Below are positions 50,078 to 61,436 of a stretch of 64,000 nucleotides of DNA, one piece after another. The stretch's first letter is position 1; every line of letters begins with the position of its first letter. Source of the stretch: Heterodontus francisci (lineage: Eukaryota); contig NW_027140453.1 in assembly GCF_036365525.1 (NCBI RefSeq), forward strand, positions 434,001-498,000. Reading direction: 5' to 3'. Position numbers and translations under genes: made by a program. The notes under the pieces were generated by a model. The model was not told where the DNA came from and did no database searches. It saw only the letters and a list, made by a program, of their open reading frames with translations.

Positions 50078-50129
50078 CGCAAGGCATTTTCTTGTATTGC
50101 AGCAAAGGTACCAAACTAACTAGTTCTAG
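50078..50129 (+). pseudogene. TRBJ: TRBJ pseudogene (QGIFLYCSKGTKLT, then frameshift)
   Basis: CAACGTG heptamer without a correctly spaced nonamer; GTKLT followed by a 1-nt insertion; GTAAAG donor. Confidence 0.65.
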
Positions 50130-50689
50130 GTAAAGACGCACCATTGTCAAACTGCATCTGTCAACTGCAGCTCAGCTGGTTGAGAAAGAGACCAGTTCTC
50201 AAAATGCTGCTTGGGTTTAAGTATTTCAGTCAAGTTACACAGTGGTAACACTCTTACCTCCGAGTCAAAAAAAAAAGCGAATTCCACATTCTCACTATTC
50301 TCTGGGTGAAGAGGAGTCTCCTGAAATCTCCATTGGTTTAATATTCAGAACAAAAATGGAACAAAATTAGGCATCAGTCATTATGTTAATGATTGTATCA
50401 TTTTAATATTCATGGCATTCTCACAGAGTCTTGACTGTAAACCCAAACCTGTTCAGGTATTTCTTTCGCAATATTACGCTCATAGAGCTTTAGAGTTAAA
50501 GAACTGACTGTGGAGTGTAGTCACTGTTGTAATGTAGGGAAAGGTTTCAGCCAAAATGCGCACAGCAAGATCCCACAAGCATCATTGCACTAAATGACCA
50601 GATAACCGGAAATGGTGGATGTGAAGTGTTGAATGACGGATAAATATTGGCTCGGACACACTCCCCTTATTTTCTTTGAGCCAATACAT

Positions 50690-51450
50690 TGTTTCTCAAA
50701 CGGTACAATTTTAAATTGGGTGCAGGAACAGAGAAACCAGGGGGATGTATGTTCATAAATCTATGAAGGTGGCAGGGCAGGTTCAAAAGGCTATCAAAAG
50801 GCACACTGAATCCTTTTGGCTCTGTAAACAGAGGCACAGAGGGAAAAAGCAAAGCTGTTATCATGAACATTTATAAAATACTGTTTAGGCCTCAGTAGCA
50901 GCATTGTGTTCCACTCTGGTGCCACCCTTTGGAAAACACGATAAGTCCCTAGAGAGAATGCAGAGTAGATTGACTGGAATGGTTCCAGAGTTGAGGCACT
51001 TCAGATATCGTGAAGAGATTGTAGAAGCTGGGATTGTTCTCCTTGGAGCAGAGAAGGTACAGGGAAAATTTGAATTGAGGTGCTGAAACTCAGGAAGGCT
51101 TTCGATAGAGTTAAAAGGGAGAAACCTTTTTTTCCAGTGGTAGGAGGTTCGGTAACCAGAAGGACACAGATTTAAGGTCGTTGGAAAAAAAAAGGGGGGA
51201 TGAGGAAATATTTTGTTTGAACAGCGAGTTGTTGTGATTTGGAATGTAATGCCTGACATGGTGCTGAAAGCAGATTCAATAGTAGCTTCACTTCAAAAGT
51301 AGCTTTCAAAAGGGAAATAGAGAGAGTTTGAAGGTACATAGTTTACTGGGTTATGTGAGAAGAACAGGGTGGGGAGTAGGATTAATTGGCTAGTTCTACC
51401 AAAGAGCTGGAATTCACACAAATGGCCGAATGGTCCCCTCCTTTCATGTG
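50690..51450 (+). mobile_element. CR1-type LINE 3' fragment
   Basis: Decayed RT C-terminus and tail. Confidence 0.78.
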
Positions 51451-51461
51451 TGAGTTTACGG

Positions 51462-51507
51462 TAGCACTAATTATTAAATATTACATTTGGGGGAAGAGAC
51501 AAGAGTA
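51462..51507 (+). pseudogene. TRBJ: Possible J relic (TNY*ILHLGEETRV) between two LINEs
   Basis: Resembles LHFGEGTRV; no RSS or donor remains. Confidence 0.3.
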
Positions 51508-51511
51508 GGAT

Positions 51512-52100
51512 TAGAATCATAATGCAGCACACAGGGGGGCTATTCCGCCCATCGAGTCCATGCCAGCTCTCTGTCTGGCAATCCAATCAGTCCCACTACC
51601 CCGCTCTATCCCTGTGGCACTGCAAGTTAATTTGCCTCAAGTGTCCATCCAATTTCCTTCTGAAATCATTCATTGTCTCCGCTTCCACCACCCTTGTGGG
51701 CAGCGAGTTCCAGGTCATTACCACACGTGGCATAAAAGTGTCCCTCCTCACATCCCCCTGCATCTGTTGCACAGCACCAGAAATCTGTCTCTCCTGGTCC
51801 TTGTACCAACAACTAATGGGTGAAGCTTTTCTTTGTCTACCTTATCTAAATCCGTCATAATCTTGTACGCTGCCATGAAATCTCCCCTCAATCTCCTTTG
51901 CTCCAAGCAGAACAATCCCAGCTTCTCCAACCTAACCTTGTAGCTAAAATCCTTCATCCCTGGAACCATTCTGTTAAATATCCTCTGCACCCTCTCAAGG
52001 ACACTCACTACCTTCCTCAAATGTGGTGATCAGAACTGGCTGCAAAACTCTAGTTGTGGCCTAACCAGAGCTTTAGAAATGTTCCCCATAACCTCCCTGA
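51512..52100 (-). mobile_element. CR1-type LINE 3' fragment
   Basis: LERVQRIFNRMVPGMKDFSYKVRLEKLGLF motif. Confidence 0.85.
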
Positions 52101-52342
52101 TAGGAAAGGGCTCTAGATAATGGGACAAGGTGAGTGATAGCCTGGTTATTGAGAACAGGCTGGCCCAGAGTTCAGGATAACACTTTTCAGATAGACAGGA
52201 GAACCTCTTTCATAATGAGACAGACTTGTACTTCACTCAATGACGAAGAGGTTCAGATGATCAGTTTCTGCCACTTTGGGTTAAAATGTACAAAAGCAGG
52301 TCGAGGTTGCAAACTGATTCTACGTTTTATGACTGATCGGTG

Positions 52343-52395
52343 TTCGGGAAACAGAGAGGTTTATTCTGGAGTTGGCACAAAATTAACTGCTCTGG
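52343..52395 (+). pseudogene. TRBJ: C-proximal J relic SGNREVYSGVGTKLTAL, in frame with C exon 1
   Basis: F>S in FGXG; donor lost (G|CTAGA); RSS degraded; 93 stop-free nt separate it from the C acceptor. Confidence 0.8.
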
Positions 52396-52488
52396 CTAGA
52401 ATTGAAAGGTTGATATTGTTTGGTGGTTTAAAATTCTCAAGACGGGTTTCATACTCATCCATATTCTCTCCATTTAATTTTCCTGCAG

Positions 52489-55400
52489 GCGAAAACGATA
52501 CGATTAGGCCTGCCAAAGTTACTGTCTTTGAGCCCTCTCCCGAAGAGATTAGAGAAAAGAAAAAAGCCACTGTGGTCTGCCTCATAAGCGACTTCTACCC
52601 CGACAACATCAAGATCCACTGGCTTGTCGATGGCAAGGAGAAAGACGCCAATGACACGAACATTCATACTGATCTCAATGCCATCCTATCAAAAGAAAAT
52701 ACATCTTACAGCATCAGCAGCCGGCTGAGATTCGACGCCCTAGATTGGGCTCGGTCCAAGAACGTTGAGTGCAGAGTAGATCTCTACACTAACGAATCAG
52801 TGCCTGCAACAAGCAGTTCAACATTAGCTGTCAAAGCAGGTAGGCACACTAGTGAGACCAATACCATTTTATTTCAGCTTCAAAGAAATCAGAAAGTTGC
52901 ATTTATATAGCACCTGTGCTCTTATGAAAGTACGAATAAGCAAGTAGATGTATCAGTAAGTCAATAAATAAATAAATAATTCATGAAATAGAACAATATT
53001 GTAGTGTAAAGGGGAAGATATGGTTAAACACTCGATTAAAATGACTCTCAATATATTAGACTACAGTGCGGGACTCAATTGTGATAATCTACATTTACAC
53101 AGTGATTTCATAAAATATTCTGATGCTGAATGTTTATTGATTTCTCTTTCTTTTCCCAGAAATGTGCGGTATAAGTAAAGGTGAATATCTATCTGCTTCT
53201 ATCTGTATCTGGTCTCCACACTTTGTAAAGGAGGTGAGGGTCCTTGAGAGGGTGCAGAGGAGATTTACCACAATGGTTCCAGAGATGAGGAATTTTAGCT
53301 ACAAAGTTACATTGGAGAACCTGGGTTGTTCTCCTTGGAGAAAAGGAGATTGAGGGGCTATTTGACAGAGTTGTACAAGATTATGACAGTTTTACAATAG
53401 GTAGACAAAGAAAAGTTGTCCCCATGAGTTGCTGGCATAAGGACTGGGGGGGGGGGGGAGGTCACAGTTTTCAGGCTTTGGGCAAAAGATGCACTGGGGG
53501 GGGATGTGAGGCAGAAGTGTTTTATGCAGCGAGTGGTAATGACCTGGAAGTCACTGTCTACGAGGGTGGTGGAAATGGAGATAATGAATGATTTCATAAG
53601 GAAACTGGACGGACTGTTGAGGGTAATTAACTTGCAGGGCAATGGAGATGGAAGGGGAGAGCTGGACTGATTGGATTGCTCTGTAGAGATCCTGCATGGA
53701 CTCGATGGGCCGAATGACCTCTTTCTGTGCTGTAATGACTCCATGACTCAAAAAATATTCACCAATAATTCTGGAATTATTACTGTGTCAGACATTTCAT
53801 GTATATACTCATTTCAACATTTCCAAGCTGTAGTTTTACAGTTATACATACTATCATGCACAACGTGTTTATGAGAAAACTCCTCTGGGAGGGAAAGGCC
53901 GTTGGAATTTCGAGACCAGCCTAGTCGAATGATATAACCTCACGGTCCTCTTGGGTTCACGACCTCAGGGAAATATGTTGCCCTGTGATGAGGGAGAGGG
54001 GACGCCTGGGGATGGGAGGGGAGGGAGCTGTGTACACCTGTCTTAAAACTTACAATTCCTTGGGAGTTGATAGTGTGAATCTGGCGTGGAGATAAGAGGG
54101 ACAGTTCCACTTCTCAGAGGTTAAATTAGTTTAACACATCATCTCAAAGAAGGTTCCTCCAAAGTTGCAGTGCAGCACACACGCTGTCTACTGGCACTGG
54201 GAGAGTCAGTCTGGATTATGGGGTTCATGTCTTTGGACTGGGGCATGAACCCACAATCGTACGACTCAGACAGGAGAGCGTTACCCACTCAGCTGGAGCT
54301 GATACATACGTGAGCCATAGCTGACACAGAAGTTACAGCGGCCCCAATTCAGATCGGCCATATTGCTGAACTCCATTTGTAGTTAGGAATACCCCAGGGC
54401 TCCTTGCGTCAAAGGGAGATCAGTTCTGCTTTCGCAGCTCGACCCTTACATTGGGCTCCTTTACTGACACACATTACATTTTCACGCAGTAGCATTTCTT
54501 GCCTTGTGAGAACAGAGATTGCATCATTTTCTGTTACATTTATTTTACAGAGGCGAAAATCCAAAGCATGGCAACAGCAAAACTGACATACCTGATCCTC
54601 ATCTGCAAAAGCATCTTTTATACAATTTTCATCTCAACAATTGCTTGGAAAACTAAGGTAAGATTAAACTTACTGAAGTTCTTAACATAGGTATTGTCAT
54701 GGTGAAACTGGGTAAAGAAGTTTCTCCTGAATTCCAGACTGAAATTACGAGTGACTATCCGATATTCACGAGCCCTAGTTTTGCATTCCTATTGCACGCA
54801 GATGGAATACACCAATTCACTTTCCATTCATTCCTGCGCCCACAACACTAACCAACCAATTTAATCCAGTTGAACACAATTGTCAATGTTCTGGAATTTC
54901 CCTTGGAAAATAATTGAACTTATTGTGATTTTACAAGACTTTATATGCAAGCTTAGGAATGCATGAGCAGGAAAGAGCATGTGCATGGTTCGTCTCGATT
55001 ATTCATGCACATGATGATCTGGTCAGGACAGTGATGTCGAGTCATTGGAGAGGGTGAAGGGGCGATTTACTTGAACGGTATCAGGGTTGAGGGACCTCAG
55101 TGATGTGAGGAGAATACGGAAGTTGGGATTGTTCTCCTTGGATCAGGGAAGGTTAAGGAGAGATTTAATAGAGGTGTGCACAATGATGAATGGTTTGGAT
55201 AGGACAACGAATGGGGTAACAGCTTCAAAGAGGCAGCAGGATTGCCCAACCAAGGACACAGCTGTAAGGTGATTAGCCAAGGGAGCAGAGGGGCAGGTGA
55301 GAAATATATTTTGAGCCAGCGAGTTGTTGTGGTTGAGAATGCACTGGCTGAAAGGGCGGTGGAAGCTGATTTAGTAGCAACTTTCAAGAGGGAATTGGAT

Positions 55401-55630
55401 GAATACTTGTTTGAGGGGGTGGAGGTAGTGGGGGAGGGAATAGTCTCAGGGCTATAGGGGAAAGAACTGTGAAATGGGACTAATTGGACAGCTCTTTCAA
55501 AATGCCAGTATAGGCACGCGGGACGAATGGCCTCCTTCTGTTCTGTATCAGTCCATAATTCCATGACGATAATAACTCCCTCTTTTTTTTTATCATATAC
55601 CAGACGTCTTACAGCAAAAGGTTTGACTGA
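52489..55630 (+). CDS. TRBC: TCR beta constant gene, 4 exons: 52489-52839 (Ig C1), 53160-53180 (connecting peptide EMCGISK), 54551-54657 (TM), 55604-55630 (cytoplasmic TSYSKRFD*)
   Basis: VTVFEPSPEEI..KKKATVVCLISDFYPD..W..DG...YSISSRLR...W...VECRV matches the Cbeta pattern; interchain Cys in exon 2; TM TYLILICKSIFY with the conserved Lys; all splice sites GT-AG with consistent phases. Confidence 0.96.
53205..53750 (+). mobile_element. CR1-type LINE 3' fragment in C intron 2
   Basis: WSPHFVKEVRVLERVQRRFTTMVPEM motif and tail. Confidence 0.82.
55030..55565 (+). mobile_element. CR1-type LINE 3' fragment in C intron 3
   Basis: KLGLFSLDQGRLRRDLIEV motif and tail. Confidence 0.8.
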
Positions 55631-56404
55631 TCGTCGCAAATTAATGAACTCAAAAGATGGATAAGCAGCAGAACACACGAGGGAGCAAGGGGAGAGAAAA
55701 TACGATTATTGTGAATATCTCGGGGGTGAATTTCGTCTAAACCACTCCCGCTGTACCCGCGTAACTTTGGCGGACAACCCTAAATACCCATCACCACTGC
55801 GGGAAACGAACAGAGGAAATTTTAAGCCCCAGTCTGTCTTTTCCACTAGAATAAGTCCTTTCATATTCTCGTCAATGTATTAAATTCCTGTTGTCTCAGG
55901 AGGTGAAGCTTTGAGAAACGTGCAAACTTTTTTTCCAGTTTATTTTGTCTGTTTATTAATTATTATTCTGTGTTGTTTGAAACGTTATAAAGAAACAGAC
56001 AACCTTACAGGACGAAAGGAGGCCACTTGGCCCATCGTGCAAGTGCTAGCTCTTTGAAAAAGCCAGTTGTTAATGCCAAGGCGATCAATTCCAGCTTTGC
56101 TGATCTCTCCATGAAACTTAAGTCCCTCATTCCGTGCAATTCTCGTAAAGCTGTGTATAATATTAAGCAGTAGTAAACAAATTGTAACTTCAAGTTCTGT
56201 TTGGTGCAACTATTAATGTCTTTTTTCCCTTTTCTGTTAATGCAGAAATGTTATTACTATTTGTATCAGACACCTCATCGATTGCAGATGGAAAATGCGC
56301 TCATAATTGTCCATTATTTGTCGTGGGGTTCTCAGTGGATCCAGTATCGACAGCTCGCTTGTGATCTTCTACATTTTTTTTCTTTTCTTGTTCACTGGTT
56401 AAGA

Positions 56405-56410
56405 AATAAA
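56405..56410 (+). terminator. Probable polyadenylation signal of TRBC
   Basis: First AATAAA noticed after the stop codon, ~775 nt downstream. Confidence 0.55.
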
Positions 56411-58591
56411 TAGAATATTTCGACAAAGAAAACCGTTTCTCTCCACTATTATTTCAGTTTTACCCCACGCGCTTGGCACAACATTTCCAAACAACATTAA
56501 AATATGCAGGTAGACATTAGATGAATTTTATTGGGTAACGGGATCAAGGGATATTGAGCAAAGATGGGGAAATAGGGTTGGTGTGCAGATCTTCCATGAT
56601 CTAATTGAATGGCGGAACATGTGCCGGGGTTTAATGGACTCCTCACACTATGCCTATGTAATAGGCTCGAGGGGCTGAATTGGACTCCTCCTGTTGCAAT
56701 GCAACAGGCTCTCCTGGTTTGAATGACCTCCTCCACCCAATTCTATGCAACAGGCGTGAGAGGGCAGAATCGCTTCCTCGCTCTACGTGGCAGCTTCGAG
56801 TGGGCTAAATAGTCTCCTGTTTCCCTGTTGCTATGTGTAACCCATCCCTGACAGCCACTGAGAAGGTGGCGATGAACTACTTTCCTGAACACAAATGAAT
56901 GTCTTTCTAGGCCATTTCAGAGAGCGGTTATGAGTCAACCACATTGCTGTGGGTCTGGAGTTGCATGTAGGCCAGGCCGGGTAACGGCTGCAGATTTCCG
57001 TCCCTAAAGAACATGAGTTAACCAGGTGGAGTTTGAAACAAATCTCTCGCAGTTTCAAGGTCGCCATTGCTGATGTTAGCTATTTATTGCACATTTTGAG
57101 CTAATTAGCTGAATTGAAATTCCCCAGCTACCATGATGGGATTTGAACTCATATCTTGGGATTATGAGCCCAGCCCATTCCTACCACAATGCTGTCCTTC
57201 CAAACAATTTCACCGATGAGTGCTTTTCCAGACTGTTCTGGATTTGGGCAATTTCACCCCCGGCTTTGGAACCCAGGGCGCTGCACCCTTCCTTTGTAAA
57301 TGGTTTGCTCTGAGCGGGCAATGGCGCTCACAGTCGCCAAGGGATTGTCCACGTGGGAGATGGGTAATGCCAGGTGGCTGCTGTCTCTCTTCTGCCCTAT
57401 GGGGTTACTGAGCGATACAGTCGGGGAGGGATCGAGCCAGTCACCTCTGTGTTGAACTGCACCAGACCCAGGCTGTATACATAGAAACCTAGGAACAGGA
57501 GGGGGGCCATTTTGATCCTCGCATCTGTTCTGCCATTCAGTGAGACCTTGTCTGAACTGCACTCCAGCTCCATAGAGATTTCAGCACAGAAACAGGCCAT
57601 TCAGCCCGTCTGGTCCATGCCAGTGTTTCAGCTCCACATGAGCCTCCTCCCACCCACTCTTCATCTCACCCCAGCAACATCTCCTTCCATTCCTTTCTCT
57701 TTCAAGTGCTTTCCCAACTTCCCCTTAAAGGGATCGATGCTATTCTTCTTAAAGTGGTAGCGAGTTCCACATTCCCACCACTCTCTGGGTAAAGAAGTCT
57801 CTCCTGATTGGATTCAATAGTGATGTGTCTTATATTTATGGCCCCATTTCCCCTATCAAACCCCTTCGTAAGCCTAAAGACGTCTATCAGGTCACCCCTC
57901 AGCTTTCTCCTTTCTACAGAAAAGATCCCCAGCCTGTTCATTCTTTCCTGATGTCTAACACTGCACACTGACCTGCATCTCAGGAATATGAACACTTTCT
58001 CACTGGCTACAGACATTGAAAGATACCTTTATTATCAGGCTGATTGATGTACGTAGATATCGAGTCAATCTTTAAACCAGCTTTAGAAGGCTACAAGCGT
58101 TGCATTTTTGGTAATCGGAAACTCTTTTTTGTCAGCTCTATCTACCCACTATTCTAGCTTCTGGTCTCTCTATCTCACCAGTTCTCTGTCTCGATACGTC
58201 CCCTGCCTTTTCTCTATGCCCTACTTCTTTCTCTCCTTTTCTATTCCCCACTATCATTCTCCCTCTCTCTTTCTATTTTTCTCTCCCTGCATCATTCATT
58301 TATCCCTTCTTTCTCTCTGTATCTCTTATACAGCCATTCCCCTACCTCTTTTCCTTTCTATCTCATTCCTTCCTCTTTCTGTGCGCTGCCTGCTTAATTC
58401 CCCATCACTCACCATGTTTCTCTCTCTCTCTCCCCTCCCCCTCTCTCTCTATCACCTCGCTTACCGTTTTCCAAGTTGCTGACTCCTCAGTATTTTTCAT
58501 TGTCTGCCTTTTTGTCTCTCTGTAACTCTTTCACTCTCTCTCACTGCCTGTCTTTCTCTCCATATTCTATCCTGTCTGTCTATTTGCCTCT

Positions 58592-58723
58592 NNNNNNNNN
58601 NNNNNNNNNNNNNNNNNNNNNNNNNNNNNNNNNNNNNNNNNNNNNNNNNNNNNNNNNNNNNNNNNNNNNNNNNNNNNNNNNNNNNNNNNNNNNNNNNNNN
58701 NNNNNNNNNNNNNNNNNNNNNNN
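58592..58723. other. Assembly gap within CT-rich simple repeat (~58140-58830)
   Basis: N bases. Confidence 1.
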
Positions 58724-59149
58724 CCCCCTCTGTTTGTTTATCTCTCTCTCTCGCTCCCTTGCCCCCTCTACCCCTCACCCTCTCTCTCTCTTTGTCTCTC
58801 TCCGCAGCTCTCCCTAGCTCTTTCTCTCACACACACAATCTGGTGTCGAATCACATCCCTTCCCCTTTTTTCCCAGTACTTGCTCACTCCCCATTCCAAT
58901 TCTCCATATAAAAAAAAAAACCCTAAATGCAAAAATGTCAGCAGTAACACTGGAAAATATCAATGAGACAGAGCAGAGTCGGCCAAACGTTCACTGAAAT
59001 CTTACATACTGTATGGGGGTAAACATTTTGCTTGTTAAAGCGATTGTCTGTTGAGTGAATGGGAGCGATAATGTGCTTTGACTTTAAAATTCGGTTGCAG
59101 TGTCATTTCCTCCAGAAAATATTAACTCAAAACAAGATTGGAGCTTGAA

Positions 59150-59470
59150 AATAACATTGTGCAGCTGCACGGAAAGATATCAAACGGAGGCCGTGGGATG
59201 TGAACTTTCAAATGGTGCAGCTCAGCTTTCTGCATGCAGGCGCGCTGCACGGTTTGTAAAGTAGGTCATTGCGCCCGAGTTTCACCCTGTGGTTTAACGG
59301 AAAGTGCCACCTGTTATTGTTGCTGTGCTCTCCGCTCAGAGGCTGGCAGATTGAGCCCATGTTTGTCTCATTTCCTCCTGGGTGAGACGCTGTCTCTGGA
59401 CCCCGTGCACCAGCCCCCTCCATGCAGAGGAAATGTGGCTGCTGGGTCAGTGCAGCAAAGTCTGTGATGC
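59150..59470. promoter_or_regulatory. Candidate TCR beta 3' enhancer
   Basis: Unique, GC-richer island with RUNX TGTGGTTT (59288), E-boxes CAGCTG (59162) and CACCTG (59308), and ETS-like GGAA cores including AGGAAATGTGGCT (59428). Confidence 0.4.
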
Positions 59471-60003
59471 CTACTGCAGTTGAATTTCCTTCTTCAGCAT
59501 TTTTATTTCATTCATTTAATTATGCTTTCATTCTTCAGTTCCTAATTTGAATTATTTTTCTTTCTCCAATCATTTTTTTTCATTTCTTTAATTCTTTCCT
59601 TCTATCAATTGTTTTTATTTCATCCAATCAAACTTTCTATCATTGTGTCGACCAATTTTCTATCTTTTTTCATTCTTTCAATCCACTCCTCTCCTTCATT
59701 GTTTATTTTCTTTCTCCCTCTTTGTTTTTCTTTCTTCTTCTGATTTCTTCGATCCATTTTCTTTCCTTTCTCTTTTTCTTTCTCTACTTTCTCATTCCTT
59801 CCCACCCCCTTTTTCCTAAACTCTTCTCCTTCCTTGGATTTCTCTTGCAGTTCTTCTCTCTCTTCTCGTCACGTTCTTTCAATCTCTTTTTTCCCACTTT
59901 TTCACCCAAACAAACTTTTTTTTTCCAGCCCTCTGTCCTTCATCCATCCATTCTTTCTCACTGGAGCTCAGGATGATGGAATTGGATGAAATGTTGATCT
60001 CTG

Positions 60004-60017
60004 CTGCCACCTGCTGT
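60004..60017 (-). promoter_or_regulatory. CTCF-like motif 3' of C
   Basis: Reverse complement reads ACAGCAGGTGGCAG. Confidence 0.45.
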
Positions 60018-60077
60018 CTGTGATCTTATATGCAGGTCCTGTCAATGAGAGTCCAATGTCAATCTGGTGGACAGAAA

Positions 60078-60967
60078 AATAGATAGATAGATGGATAGAT
60101 AGACAAGGATTGACTGAAAGGTAGAAAGGGATTGATAGATAGATATAAATATAGAAAGCTATTGATAGATATAAAGAGAGTTGTATGGAGACATCAATTG
60201 ATAAAGTGGTAGATAGATAGATACTAATAGAGAGATAGAGAGTTGGATAGAATGATCGATCTCTAGAGACATATATAGGCGTATCATATCAGATCATATA
60301 GACATATAAGAGATATGTATGGATAGAGAGATCAATAGATAGAGGCATCAATAGATAGAGAGGGAGATACAGGGAGAGAGATGGAGATGAAGAGATAGAT
60401 GGATATAAAGAAATAGATGGATAGGGAGAACAATAGCTAGACAGAGTGATGGGTATATAGTTAGTTAAATAAAGTTATCAACAAATAGATAGATGAACTG
60501 TTGGAATAAATGGATGGGGAGATAGTTGGATATAAAGAAAGGAATTGATGGATGGAGAGAGCAATAGGTAGAGAAATAGATAGACAGATTGATAGAGAGA
60601 TAGACAGATAGATCGATAGAGCGATGGCTCAGCAGATAGATAAATAAATAGATAGAGAGTGTGAAAGAAATGAATTGGGAGTTCTATAGATGTCATTGAG
60701 AAAGAGATGGACGGAGGGAACAACAGATAGATTTGTAGATAAATATTGATGGATAGAGATTCTATATAGAGAGTGAAATCGGTCGACAGACAGATAATTA
60801 GNNNNNNNNNNNNNNNNNNNNNNNNNNNNNNNNNNNNNNNNNNNNNNNNNNNNNNNNNNNNNNNNNNNNNNNNNNNNNNNNNNNNNNNNNNNNNNNNNNN
60901 NNNNNNNNNNNNNNNNNNNNNNNNNNNNNNNNNNNNNNNNNNNNNNNNNNNNNNNNNNNNNNNNNNN
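60078..60967. repeat. GATA/GA-rich degenerate microsatellite ending in an N gap (60802-60967)
   Basis: Directly visible. Confidence 0.9.
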
Positions 60968-61436
60968 AATGAACAGAGGTGTAATGAAAAACAATACCGT
61001 GATGTGGGGGTAAATGCTACTCTGGCACATGCATTTATAGTTTAACTGCTTGTCTTAAAGATAAAGTGTTGTTCTTCCAAAGGAATCACTACCACACCGT
61101 TCGTGCAAAATTGTATTGACCTTACAAACACTAATCTGCACACAGGAAACAGATTCCCCCGCCCTTTTGTGTGAAGAAATGCTTCCTGACATCACTCCTG
61201 AACAGCCTGGCTCGATGTTTGGGTTTAGACCACCTTGTTCTGCCCCCGTGCCCCGCCCCCAACAAGAGAAAGCAGTTTATCTCTATCTAGCCTATCAACA
61301 CATTCAATCATTTTAAACACCTCAGTCAGATCACCGTTTAATCTTCTATACCTGAGGGAATAAAGAGTCAGCAATGTAAACATGTTGGGTGTTGCATTTC
61401 CTTCACACTTGATTGACTGATCAAATATATTTTCAG

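Noticed and set aside
52100-52137. J-like GATAATGGGACAAG|GTGAGT
   Set aside because: No FGXG or RSS; too short to support.
52134-52910. Single-exon 258-aa gene
   Set aside because: The ORF spans intron, J relic and C exon 1; splice sites define the real exon as 52489-52839.
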